Below, piece after piece: positions 39,117 to 52,410 of a stretch of DNA of 64,000 nucleotides (within the stretch, counting starts at the first letter, position 1; every line of letters starts with the position of its first letter). The notes under the pieces are model-generated. The model saw nothing but the letters and a program-made list of their open reading frames with translations. It ran no database searches and had not been told where the DNA came from. The translations under genes were made by a program, and so were the position numbers. Source of the DNA: Octopus sinensis (lineage: Eukaryota); NCBI RefSeq assembly GCF_006345805.1, contig NC_042999.1, forward strand, positions 51,894,001-51,958,000, in the 5' to 3' direction.

Positions 39117-39157
39117 TATTCAACCGGTTTTCGTCATTGTATGACTTGTCAAGAATA
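39117..39157 (-). ncRNA. Minimal type I hammerhead candidate with U3:A8 variant core
   Basis: RC: UAUUC-UUGACAA-GUCAU(ACA)AUGAC-GAAAA-CCGG-UU-GAAUA. Perfect 5-bp stems I and II, palindromic stem III; one extra A after GAAA. Confidence 0.55.
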
Positions 39158-39295
39158 TTTATGTTTTAAGAAGTTATTTTAAAAATTAGAAAGGGGAAAA
39201 AAAGAAAATTGCATTGTTTTTTGTAAAAGAATAATGATAAAAATGTACAAAATTAAAAAATAAGTTCTCCGATACATTGTGAGTTCGTTGTGTAT

Positions 39296-39612
39296 CTTGA
39301 GTTTTATGGTTGTTTACCAAAAAATTACCTTGAGGTGTTAAGATCCAAAGGGATTAAGAGCATGTGATGTGTTGTGTTGTTAAATTCAGCATGTTGCAGG
39401 ACAGGAAGTAGTAGTAATTGTGGTCCTGGTTCTTCAGTTCCTGTGTTGTGGGTAAGGGGAGACAACTCTTTTGAGTTCTTCAATAAAACCCAAATTATAA
39501 AACTATCATTTTAGCTTCATTTGTATTATCTTTTTTATATAATTGCTTGTTAACTTAACTTTCAGATTTTAACACTTTATTTATATTTTGGTAAACAACC
39601 ATAAAATTCAAG
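39296..39612. repeat. 27-bp inverted repeat pair (39296-39322, 39586-39612)
   Basis: cttga(g/a)ttttatggttgtttaccaaaa, one mismatch. Confidence 0.85.
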
Positions 39613-40194
39613 AGTTATAGAATTTAATTACTTAAAATATTAAAACGATCATTCGATCTAAAATTATAAAACGGAAACTCTTAGGGATAACCTAGGACTG
39701 TAAACATAAATTAATGAACATAAACCAACAAGCATTTCTACTGCACAATCTGTGAAATATTTTAAACACAAAAACGTAAAACGAATTAAACATCAACAAG
39801 TGGAATAGCAACCTTCAGACTACAATAGTCTTAAAACAGCGCGACAGAGAAGTGAACAATTCTGAACTAATACACTAATACCTATTAAATACAGTCCATG
39901 GTCATAGAAAATATATTTAAGCAAATATTACACCTAAAACATCTAAATAATATAAAATGACTAAAACATACAAATCGTAAAGAAATTATCGAACTGAAAA
40001 GATTATTAAAACGTTTAATTAAAACTTAATTTAACCATAATTAAAACGATCTAAATGCTAACTAACAGGCATTGATATCTTTACGATTTGGGAATAGATC
40101 AAATATATAACTATAACAATGAAATAATTATATTTAAGCAAATATTTGTTTTACCTAAAACGTTCATGATACAAAAATAATAACCGTAAACGAT

Positions 40195-40801
40195 CAGGTT
40201 AATGGCTTGATCGTGATGAGTCCCCCAAACATTTCCCAAAGCCAAAGTGGCACCAGCAAAAGATTATGGTGACTGTCTGGTGGTCTGCAATTGGTGTTAT
40301 CCATTACTGCGTTCTGAAAGCCAATCAGAGCACTACAGCAGATGTTTACTGCAATCAACTCGCTGAAATGCATACTCGCTTGCAAAAAATGACACCTAGA
40401 TTGGTGAATCGGCGTGACCCAATTCTGCTCCATGATAATGCAAAGCCACATGTTGCAAGAATGACGCTACAGAAATTCAGAGATTTGGGATACGAGACTT
40501 TACCACATCTTCCATATTCTCCTGATCTTTCACACACTACCATTTTTAAAGCATTTAAACACTTTTTTTAAGCGATAAAACTTTCAGGTCCAAACCAGAG
40601 GTAGAATCAGTTTTCAAAGATTTCTTAGCATCAAAGCCAATAAGTTTTTATCAACGAGGCATAAATAATCTCGTTGATCAATGGTAGAGATGCATAGATT
40701 TTCACAGCTCATTATTGCACTAATCAAAACATTTCTATTGTTAATTTTTCCAGAGTAAAATTATGTTTCTGAAATCGGCCGTTATTTTTGAAACAACCTA
40801 A
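40195..40801 (+). mobile_element. Mariner 3' half (DD34D)
   Basis: KIMVTVWW, LLHDNAKPH, YSPDLS with 34-residue D spacing; TIR-like end ttatttttgaaacaaccta. Confidence 0.85.
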
Positions 40802-40832
40802 TGCAACGCCGCAAATACGTCGCTTTTTTTTT

Positions 40833-41068
40833 TATCTTTTACTTGTTCATGTTATTAGACTGCGACCATTCTGGAGCACCGTCTTGAACAATTTTTAGTC
40901 AAATGAATCAACCTAAGAATTTGGATTTGAAAACAAATCTGATATTTATTCTATCGGTCTCTTTTGTCGAATCGTTATGTTACGGAGATGTAAAGACAAC
41001 ATCACTGGTTGTGAAGCGCTGATGGGCGACAAACACAGATACAAAGTCACATACACACACACACACAG
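40833..41068 (-). mobile_element. SINE family B, degenerate 3' half
   Basis: ttttacttgtt...gactgcg.ccat.ctggagcaccg...attctatcggtctcttttg. Confidence 0.65.
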
Positions 41069-42127
41069 ATAAAAGTGTTGTAATTTTTTATTTAATTTTT
41101 TATTTAATGACTATCATTTAGGATTCAAAAAGTTCCATTATTCTAAACTCTGTCCATCAAATTCTCAGCGATTGATTAAAGTGTATTTCGCAGCTGTGTA
41201 GACACAGAAGAGCGCTATCAAGGTAACGTGTTTTATACTAGATTACAACAGCTAATAATAGAATTGTTGTGATGTATCACTGGGATGGCTGTGGCGGTTG
41301 GATAATAACGGATACAGGCATGGCTAAAAAGTTGGATTCATAATTTTTTGGTTTGATCCAACAGCGTGGTATCTTGGGAAAGTATTTGCTACTATAGAAA
41401 CGGCTCGACAAAAAGCTTTTTGAGTGAAATTCTGATGAGGAAACACCGTGGTCGACTGTTACAAAGGCTGTTCTTGCTGTCATATGTCAGACTTAATCTG
41501 TCCCTTACCTGATTTAACATTATTATCTGGTTTGTAGGGTATCTTTAATGGAGCACATGGGCTTATAAACATTCAGGTGAGGTTCTTCCTTTCAGGACGA
41601 ACTCTCCCCACTAATGTCACAGTTTCTGAAAAAATTTAATGGCTGTTGTCTGTTTCGTTAGATTAAACTATTAAAATCAGCTGAAGTGTAATGTAGGAAA
41701 GAGTTACTTAGTGGTAACCACGTGATAATATAGTAAGACGTAGATATATAATATAGGAAATAGTTAATAGTAATAGTGTGATAATGTAGTTTCCTACATC
41801 AGAAATCTACTGTTACTATCATAACATCAGATAATATTTCAGCTACTTTACACCAAGACCATTAACTAGCCATACATATTTTATGATTGACTCTCGCTGT
41901 AATAATACATTAAATAGAAGCTGATATTTAAAACGAAACTCAAACCACAAATCTATGAGGTAATAGATCTGAGAGTAACTAATCGATAAGCGCAGCTGTG
42001 TTAGAGAAGCAACGAACTGATCGATTTGTCTAGTAATGGTAGCAAGTCTCTGATCGATGTGAAGTGCTGATAGCAACAATAGGTGATCGATATTTGTTGT
42101 AATGCCGCCAGGCGTAACTGATCGATA

Positions 42128-42166
<39 letters not shown>

Positions 42167-42210
42167 CAGTTATCGCCAAGCTAATATGGCAGTCCATATA
42201 TAAATATATG

Positions 42211-42302
<92 letters not shown>

Positions 42303-42491
42303 CATACATACATACATGCATATATACATACATACATACATATATACATACATATATATATATATAGGAAATAGGGTGTGGAAAGCTGACTGAAATATTT
42401 TTACACACACATACGCGCGCGCACACAAACACACAGAGATACACAACATACACAGACATACACACGTACATACATGCACAAGTACACACGT

Positions 42492-42533
<42 letters not shown>

Positions 42534-43614
42534 GCATACATACATATATGTATATATATGCGTGCTTGTCTGGCGAAGAGATAAGCATACCCAGAAATAT
42601 AGGTATATACATATACGTATATATGCAAATGTACCGACAAGCACCTATACACGCGCACTCACACACACACACACACTGACATCGACACACACACACACAT
42701 ACACACACACGCACACGCAGCCGTATACATACATTTGGGGACGCAGCTTTGTCTTTTCAGTAATCTATATTTAATTAATAATTTTACTGGATGGCGTTGT
42801 CTATTTCAATCTATCCACGTACACAGTTGGTCGGGCGAAAGTTAGACTGAAGTCTTGAGGGATTTGAACTGAAATGTGGACAGAAAAAAATCAAACCAGA
42901 ATGTTATGAATCATTTAGTTCGGCGCTTTACTTTCATTTTGTGTCGCAACAATAGTCATATTTACTGTTGAAAATATTTGTAGACAGGTTAGAATCAATA
43001 TTAGGAGATGAAATGGACTTTGTTATTTCCCGGGATGATAACAGGTAAAACCTACCTGGATGGGAATAATACTCAGAGAGGTGGTATAGGTGAAAGTATA
43101 AGAGTTAACAGGGAGTTTTTCAAGCGTTCTATTCAGAGAGCAGAGAGTGGTCTCTTCCGTTGTAATCAGCTTAAGACTACTCGCTAGTTTCCTGACCAGA
43201 TAACTCTCTAGCGTTACGTTCTCATAGAAGAGAACTTTCTACTGTTGGAACCTATAAATTAAAGAGTTCTTTAAGGCTAGCGAGAAGAGTACATTTTCCC
43301 TTTACCTCCGGATGTTTCAGTGCGCTCTATCAACGAGGACAGAACATAGAATGCTACAAGATGAAAACTAGAAAAGTGGATGATGTAACAATAAGTTCAG
43401 ATAGAGTGCTGTTATCGTCAAAGCCAGATACTAAAGTCTTTTATCATAATGAAGACCATTCTGACGGCTACATGTCTGTAATACACAAAAAGCAGCAGAA
43501 ATGGTTCTCCTCTGATTGTTGACACAGTAATCGGTTTGGAGAACAATTCTCACAAGTCACGTGCAATGATAGTTTCCTATTCTGGAATATCAACAATAAC
43601 AATAAAAACAACAC

Positions 43615-43622
43615 TAATAATG

Positions 43623-43683
<61 letters not shown>

Positions 43684-43703
43684 TAATAATGATGATAATG
43701 ATG

Positions 43704-43739
<36 letters not shown>

Positions 43740-43752
43740 TTAATAATAATAA

Positions 43753-43847
<95 letters not shown>
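43615..43847. repeat. (AAT)n/(GAT)n compound tract
   Basis: Directly visible; forms the tail side of the SINE at 43848. Confidence 0.95.
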
Positions 43848-44061
43848 CCTTTCTACTATAGGCACAAGGCCTGAAATTTTGGGGGAGGGGGCTAGTCGGT
43901 TACATCAACCCCAGTACGTAACTGGTACTTATTTCATCTACCCCAAATGGATGAAAGGCAAAGTCGATGGGGGCGGAATTTGAACTCAGAATGTATAGAC
44001 GGACAAAATGACGTTAAGCGTTTTGCCTGGCGCGCTAACGATTCTGCCAGTCTGCTGCCTT
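43848..44061 (-). mobile_element. SINE family A with alternative 3' tail
   Basis: Family A head and core; tail RC cccctcccccaaaatttcaggccttgtgcctatagtagaaagg(att)n. Confidence 0.8.
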
Positions 44062-44218
44062 AACAGCAAACCTATCTCATTTTAAGGTCTGAAATTAGAA
44101 ACAAGAAGGTTTTTAACAAGACTTTGGCACAGACCAATCCAATGATACAGTGTTCGGTGATGCGACAGTGCTAGTAATAAAGAGGTACACTTGCAATGCT
44201 ACATACACGCACACGAAA

Positions 44219-44308
<90 letters not shown>

Positions 44309-45070
44309 GACAGGAACGTATTTGTACATAAAGGGAAAGAAGTGAGGAGCTGAAATTTAATTTTGAGTTGTCAGTATTTGTCAGTTATTAGTCATTCGTC
44401 AATCATGCGTCAGTCATTAATCAGTAAATCTGCAAGAAAACTCTGGTGGTTGCGTGTTTTTATGAGAATATATTATGTTATACATATTTGTTGCAATTCT
44501 ATGTTGGCAGATCTCCTGTTTAAGATTGATTTCATGGCACCAGTCTTGGAGGCATCGCAGAACATGATTCTTCTAATGACTGACTCATTTAAGGAGCTAA
44601 AATATTTGGGTATCACCTCCTTCATTTGCAAATTTGGTTGGAAGCCTTCACAAAAGGGAGACTACTTTGAAAAACAAAGCTTATCTAAAAACGAGCTTTA
44701 AAGATTGCTGTACATTTATCAACGTTACGGAACTATAAAATGGTTAACACGTTGAAGGAAGCATTAGCCCCATTCAGTCATGAGAGAACAGGATATCGCA
44801 GAAGCCTTTCCATTTTATATAATCTAATAAGCAGATAACTGAAGTGCTCTATTCAAAAGAGAATATTCTATGTAGAATTAGAAAAATGCCTGGAGATTCA
44901 TCGGCTCAGATTATATACGAACCTATCTATAATAGTGTTGCTTCAAACTTCAGGTATTACCGTCAAATGACTGACATGTGCCGAAGCAAAATTCCTGATA
45001 TGTTCCTTAAGATAAATAGCAGTTTGTACAGTTCTTCTCCCCAGTAACAATTTGCCGGTAGAACTCTCTT

Positions 45071-45121
<51 letters not shown>

Positions 45122-45423
45122 TTATCTATCTATCTATCTCATTGTCATATACAATTTATCAAACGGAAAAACATTTTTTTCTTTTTTGTTTCTTTAGTTT
45201 TCTATCAAAGTAGATGAATTCAGTCGTCAGGAAATCAGATTTTCTCATCTTTCGGACATTTTTTTTTCAGAATTGTTCTAAATATTTATTAATACTTCGT
45301 GTTTCCTACTCAATTTTAATTCCCAATTTTCAGTTCCATCATTTTGAATGTCTCAAATATTGTCTCCTATCACGTTATACAAACATAACATTCCGAAATG
45401 TTCCGCTTAATCTTCCGGAATGA

Positions 45424-45509
<86 letters not shown>

Positions 45510-45625
45510 GTATGTATGTATGTATGTATGTATGTATGTATGTATGTATGTATGTATGCATGTATGTATGCATGCATGTATGTATGTATGTATGTATGTA
45601 TGTATCTATCTATCTATCTATCTAC

Positions 45626-45695
<70 letters not shown>

Positions 45696-45719
45696 GTCTA
45701 TCTCTGTCTGTCTGTTTGT

Positions 45720-45785
<66 letters not shown>

Positions 45786-45840
45786 GTCTGTCTGTTTGTC
45801 TGTCTAAGTATGTATGTGAGTGTAAACTGATTTTATATAT

Positions 45841-46056
45841 GTCGCTGTGTGGTAACTAGCTTGCATCCCAACCACATGGTTCTAGTTCAATCCCACTGCG
45901 TAGCACTTTGGGCAAGCGTCTTCGACTATAGTCTCGGACCGACCAAAAAGCCTTGTGAGTGGATTTAGTACAAGGAAACTGAAAGAAGCCCGTCGTTATA
46001 TATATATGTATACGTTTATGTGTCTATGTTTGTTCCCCCACTATCACTTGACAAGT
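45841..46056 (+). mobile_element. SINE family B, 5' part, cut off by a mariner end
   Basis: gctgtgtggtaactagcttgc...gcactttgggcaagcgtcttc...gaaagaagcccgtcg. Confidence 0.75.
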
Positions 46057-46057
46057 G

Positions 46058-46195
46058 TACGAGGGTTGGCTGAAAAGGTCATCGGCTGACCAAGATACTC
46101 TGGTGGAATCTGACTAAATGTGGTTTATTTTTCAACATAGTTCCCCTTGCAGTCCACAGACTTTTTTCATCGGTGTTGTAGTGCTTGGATCCTAT
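46058..46195 (-). mobile_element. Mariner 3' end (TIR plus last codons)
   Basis: TA|cgagggttggctgaaaag TIR; RC reads IQALQHR*KK...CKGNYVEK*. Confidence 0.75.
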
Positions 46196-46464
46196 TAGTG
46201 ATCCAGAACGAAGCCAAGTGGTCTGTGAACCTGACTGTGATCTCTGAGGCATTAGCAAGTCGAAGGACTTTTACCATCTTCCGGTGGGGAACATCATCAA
46301 ATGCTTTGTTGGAATTTAGCCAGATTATGTGTAGGAGCAGAAATAATGAAAAGGATGAGAGAGTTAAAAGAAAATTCTTGCAATGCTTTCATGCCACTAT
46401 TACCACAATTGAAGTACCTCTCCAAATCTTTTCAGATGCTTCCTTTCTGTTTACTTTCATACCA

Positions 46465-46671
46465 CAGTAATCCCGCGGTTCACCTATCGCGGTTTATTAT
46501 TTAAGCTTAAGTCAAACTCTCCTTGGTGTTGTTCTGCATTTATAATAAAATAGATATATAAAAATTATGAAAATATAAAAAATGCAGTACAGTACAGTCT
46601 ATACTTCGTGGATTTTCCCCTAGTGCGGGAGGTTTTGGAACGTAAGACCCGCGATTGTCGAGGTATTACTG
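46465..46671. mobile_element. pogo/Tigger-type MITE
   Basis: cagtaatcccgcg...atcgcgg left end; ccgcgattgtcgaggtattactg|TA right end. Confidence 0.65.
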
Positions 46672-46999
46672 TAATCTCACTTCAGATTTTCTCTAGAATT
46701 AATGTTTATTCTATATTTTATAATTCTAAAATTATAACCATTAACTCATCTTTTACGTCCAACGAATATTGGTGTTACTACTTTGTGGTAAAATGATTGA
46801 ATTCTAGCTCAAGATGGCCCCAATACATTTTCATTTACTATTTTTAGTCAACAGAATTTTTGTTAGAAATTAATATAAATCATTTCAGAATTCAGAACTC
46901 CTAGAAGAATATCTTTCATTGTTTCGATTTCTCTTACAACTGAACAGATTTTCTTTAACAATTTCAATTCTTCCCTGATGTTATCGATGTTATCACTTT

Positions 47000-48680
47000 G
47001 GTAGTTTTGATGTCACCGTGTCCAGTCATGTTGTTTGTAGTGATTCTGAGTCAGAGAATTCAAACCTAAAACAATTATCAATAGTCTTGCAAAAATGTTT
47101 AAGCAGCTTGTTAAACATGATTGATGCTAAAGGTTGGAGGAGGTACCTTGGGCAAAGTGACTGAATGGTACCTCACTCCCAGCTTGTCACTATATCAGAC
47201 ATAATGTATGTGAAATGAGAGATCTGTCTCAAGTCCAGGTGAATCTATACTTTCCGACAATGATATTAATATTTTCTAACATGCGGGATATGTACCATGC
47301 ACCTTTTGCTGGTATGATCAATATTCCTCCAAACTTCTGTTTAAATAGGTTAGACCATCTAAGTTTGTATCATGTTGAACAATTGTATGCTTTCAGTAGC
47401 AATCCAGAAATTTTCTTCTTGCTACTAAGATGTTGTTTTTACTGTTGAGTAGGCATGTAAATTACTCATTTCTCTCTTCACTGTTCAGTTGGTGTTGTCT
47501 AAGTAATACGATGCGGCACCCAAAGAATGTCAAATCTGACTTTAAGCTACTGCTTCCGTTTCTCCGTTCAATATAGATGCTGTTAGCGTCACTGTTGATA
47601 TATGTGTTATTGGTACTGTTGCTATCTTTCTAGTCTTTATGCCAAATTGTAGATTACTTAAAGCGTCCAGTCTAGTATTGTAACTATTATTATTAATGCT
47701 GACACTGTGAAGACATTGTGGAATATAGTTGTGTTGAATGCAGACAGCTTCTATGAATTTCTCAGTCTATTGAAATATCCCCTTGTCCCTCTGACTTTAC
47801 ACATGACCGACATAAGAAATATTCTCGTCGATTCCGAAATACTTTATAAGAAATCATCCTCAGAAAGAGGCGAGAGAAACAGGTCATTGATATTCTGTTC
47901 CTCGTTGGGTCACCTGTGTCGATTGACTACAATATATAAACCATTCCTATCTCCCTCTAGTATCCCAACGTCGTAAATATTACTCAAGTGCATTTTAAGG
48001 CGGTCAGTAAGAAATGTGTGGGTAACACTAATTTTTCTTTTCCCTACAGATCCTGTCAAGTTGCGATATTTACTTCGTCAATACAGTTTAAAAGGGATTC
48101 ACTGCCAAGACAAGCGACATTACAGACAAATTGTCATCTTGGAATATTGGTAACCTAATTCTGTTTGTGGCTATAGCAGAAGCTTCAGTAACTATCGGTA
48201 ACTTTATGTAGCATGTTTTTGTCTTTTAATGTCATCGCTTGTAGCAAATGGAACCGTTATACCGAAATCAGAAGATGTGTTTCCTGTTGTTTGTATAAAT
48301 GCCATCCAATCTGACGCATGGCAGTAACAACCATTGTTGTATCTGAACGAGATGGAATGACTTTCAATTCAGCAGTTTTACAAAAGCTGTCAGTATGTTT
48401 CATCAGGAGTGATGCCATATTTGGAAGGGACGTTTGTTTAAATGTTTACTCGAATGATTGATTGCACAGTTGCTTCTTGCGCGTCGATTAATATTTTATA
48501 GATTTCTCATGTAGAGATATGCCATTCCATGAGTTCATCGATTCTTCTCGAAAAAATAGCGGATCCTCCCTCAAATCTCAAACCATTACTATAACACATT
48601 GAAGAACATCGTACTTGATACTCTTTCATCTGGATGTGAAGAGATGGTCATAAATGGAATATATTTGGTATTAGAACAGC
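47000..48680 (-). mobile_element. Possible very old non-LTR RT remnant
   Basis: Only weak, stop-riddled echoes of RT motifs on the minus strand; clade not assignable. Confidence 0.2.
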
Positions 48681-49850
48681 TCATTCAGCATTATCCTTGT
48701 GATACACAACAATGCAAACAGCAACAGCAATAGTAGTAGCAGTAAACAAGAGCTCATGCACACACACATACACACGCACACATACACACACATACAAAAA
48801 CGCGCACATACATGCACACACATACACAAATGCACACACAAACACGCAAACAAATGCACACGTAGACACACACACACACCCACACGCACAGTTATATCTA
48901 AAGACTGTAAATACATGCATTTGTCTAAATATGTAGTTACATACGTTGCTACTTTTTCTATATTGTCTCATCAAGATTTTCCCCCACCCAACCTTCTTCA
49001 TCCAACCCCACCCCACATATTCTCTCTGGGGAATTTCATTCTTCTCAATCCTCTTCAATTCACCCCCAACCTCATCCCTCTTTCTAGAAGTTCATCTTAA
49101 CGATGCTCAATAATTGACACAATATTTAGAATTCCATTTTACACCTTTTTTTTTTATTCACCCCCAGCATTGATTCTTTTCTATTCCTTAGTTTATTTTC
49201 CCAAGATTTCTCAGTATAAATCATATAATTCCATTACCATTTCCCTTTTTCTGCTGTTGATGCTGCTATGGCTGCTGCTGCCTACAGCGGTTCGTGATTT
49301 TGTTTACAGAAAATCTTAGCCAGCAAGTCATGAAGAATTTGGAAGAAAGGTTCCGGCAGAAATATTTCTGTCACTATTTCCATCGAAATAAACAATTGTT
49401 CTTTGACAAGTGATCAATGTGAAAATATGACTCATACTTCGTTCTTTGACTGGTTTTTGAAAACTGAATTCTAAAATAATGTTTTTCTTTTCATTTGGTG
49501 ACAAAAGCCTAACAAGCCAGCATATATAAAGCAACACCATCTTGTAGCATTTTATATAAGAAGGATCAGAAATTTAAATTCTAGTTTGTAATTCTTTCAT
49601 GCTAATTTCTTTAGCCAAATAGAAACGGATGTTCTATATTTTGGTCGTCATTCAACTGAAAATCTTAAAAATCTTTTGTTAGAAAAGAAATTCTTTTATG
49701 ACGATAGAATGTCGAAATGTTACTTTAGAAAAATGGTTAGGGAAATAATACTGTATTCGGTAGAAAATCATTATTTTACGAATATTGTTAGCAATTTAGT
49801 CGTGAAATTTCTTTCTAAATTTATTTGATTTCAGAGAGAATACAAAGATA

Positions 49851-50071
49851 ATTGTTTCAAAGTTTGGCATCAGAAAGCGAGCAATTTGTGGTAAATGGGG
49901 ATAAGTCGACTGAATCTACCCCAGTACTAAACTGGTACTTATTTTATCGACCCCGAAAGGATGAAAGGCAAAATTTTCTTCAGCAGTATTTGAATTCAGA
50001 ACATAACGACGGACGAAATACCGCTAAGCATTCTTTTCGGCATGCTAACGATTCTGCCGGTTCGTAGCCTT
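49851..50071 (-). mobile_element. SINE family A with a third tail type
   Basis: Family A head and core; tail RC ...cttatccccatttaccacaaattgctcgctttctgatgccaaactttgaaacaat. Confidence 0.75.
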
Positions 50072-50838
50072 GGAATGCAGAAATATTGAAGTTTATTTAG
50101 TTTCTAGTGTTAACTTTTGACCGACTTAAATGAACATCACCTAATTATTGTTTGTTACACGATCTGTATTTTTGGTTGATGAGCAGAAAACTCAGTTTAT
50201 CATATGTCAGTAGAACAGAGTGAAGCTATTTAAGAAAGAACATCGTCCTAATAATGTGTAGGGGAATATAATATAATTAAGTGACCATTAATAATTCTTG
50301 AAAGATCCATAACGATATTTCTATTCATAAAAGACTTGTCTAAAAACATTGAGAGGACAGAAATAAAGATTAGGATTTGTTCGGCGAATTTGAAGTCAAT
50401 AAGGAATATACCGCGTGACATATTTTATTGAAAATAGATAATTTCTGAAGAAATAGCATCTGCAAAAGTGCTTTCTTTTGAAATACAAGAGTTATTGATC
50501 GATATAACCCGTCTGGTTTAGACTCACCATCCTTGAAGCAATCATGGATGGAATTTAAGATTATATGGGAAATATAGGACGATATTACTTTCTTCTTCTT
50601 GTTTGGCTTATCGCTTCTGTATGGCTAATTGTTCAAGCATTAACAGAACAGGTGCCTGGCTCCAGTCTGACTCTTTTTCAATCAAGCACTTCCACTTTCA
50701 GACGAAAATTGAATAGCACGAACATATGGCGTAGTGGTTAACTGCGCGGGCTACAAACCCCAAGATTCCGAGTTCCATTCCAAGCAGTGATCTGAACAAC
50801 AACAACAACAACAGCAGCAACAACAACAATAATAATAA

Positions 50839-51390
50839 ATGCCCTGATGCAGTACGAGGCAGTGGCTCTCATGGCTTCTTATCTTAACTGATTGAAGGTG
50901 TTATCATGTACATTGTTTTGTCTTGGTATAAAAGATGGGCTACGGCAAATATTCTGCTCAATACCATAGATTTGTTTGTCAGTTGACCGTAACAAGTTGA
51001 GCATGTCCTTTACTAGCTGACGATACGTGCATCTCTAATCACGAGCAGAAGTAGTGGGGGAGCATCATAGCCATGTGTTGAGAAGAATTTTGGGGGTTTT
51101 GAATAATTCACCTTCGGAAACATGGGTGTTTCATTCAACATCCTTAAACAATCCTTATTCAGGGACCTTTTGAGTGGCATGGGCTACTCGACCTGAAGAA
51201 AATTCTAATTGGGTCTCACCCGCAAGGTCATGAGCTTTTCATCTTGATATGAGATCACCATGTCACGCACATATGGTTGTGATGCATGTGCCTGGTGTGC
51301 CCTTATCAGACAGGTAGTCACGATGGTTATACTGGGCTTTGTATATTTTACCCCAGTGTCACTTTGATGGCATGCACTGCTCTCTCACTC
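50839..51390 (+). mobile_element. Non-coding ~0.55-kb retro-repeat embedded in (TAA)n; longer copy
   Basis: Homologous to 15813-16276 (RC) with ~90 extra 5' bases; ends gcactgctctctcactc then (AAT)n. Confidence 0.8.
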
Positions 51391-51418
51391 AATGATAATA
51401 ATAATAATAATAATAATA

Positions 51419-51532
<114 letters not shown>

Positions 51533-51587
51533 TTAATAACAATGAAAAATACCTTAGGAATGAGAACCCAGGTTCGAAATTCCCCAA

Positions 51588-51633
51588 GACACCTGATGAA
51601 GGCTGGAGAGTATATCAGCTGAAACGTTGTGTT
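51588..51633 (+). ncRNA. Minimal type I hammerhead ribozyme candidate
   Basis: Stem I GACAC/GUGUU, CUGAUGA 51593-51599 plus extra A, stem II GGCUG/CAGCU with 10-nt loop, GAAA 51621-51624, palindromic stem III ACGU, predicted cleavage after GUU (51628). Confidence 0.75.
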
Positions 51634-52210
51634 AACAGCAAACACGATGAGGACAAATATCCTTCAAATGTAAATAATGTAAACAACGCAGCACGAATAT
51701 TATATGTACACACACACGCGCGCGTACACTCACGCTCGCACGCACGCACACACAGACGGTTGAAGTTCTTGAAAATTTACTGGAAATAACAAAGGATTTG
51801 GTAGCACCATTCTTTCCTGAAAATAGGAAGGGTTAAGGATTATTGGTATACGATATATGACATAAAAATCTACATAAGTATAGCTCTAAGGAAACCATAT
51901 ATGAGCTTTCAGAGAAGGAAAGCAGATGAAGAAAGTAGCCATTTTCGGTTGCTTCCATCATCTTTGAGGTGAGTTGATGGTAAGTTTAGAGAAATGATAA
52001 ATGCGCCAACCAGTGAAATATTTCTTTCTGTTTGTTCTCCAGATATTTGGGTAGACTGCTGTCGAGATGGACATAGGCACCAAGGGCGCTGGGAGACGGA
52101 AATATAGAAAAGGAAACCAGGACAGGCCTCCTCCTCCTAATCATCATCATCAGCAGCAGCCTCAGCATCAGCATCAGCAGCAGCATCAGCATCATCTTCA
52201 GCAGCAGCAG

Positions 52211-52410
52211 GAGGCGCAATGGTCCAGTGGTTAGGGCAGCGGACTCGCGGTCGGAGGATCGCGGTTTCGATTCCCAGACCGGACGTTGTGTGTGTTTATT
52301 GAGCGAAAACACCTAAAGCTCTACGCGACTCCGGCAGGGGGTGGTGGCGACCCCTGTTGTACTCTTTCGCCCCAACTTTCTCTCACTCTTTCTTCCTGTT
52401 TCTTGTCCCC
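52211..52410 (+). mobile_element. tRNA-headed SINE (family C-related), 5' part
   Basis: A box tggtccagtgg, B box ggtttcgattcc; caactttctctcactct shared with 23234-23270. Confidence 0.75.

Noticed and set aside
41432-41445. ctgatgaggaaac as a hammerhead core
   Set aside because: Only one base separates the two core halves, so stem II cannot form.
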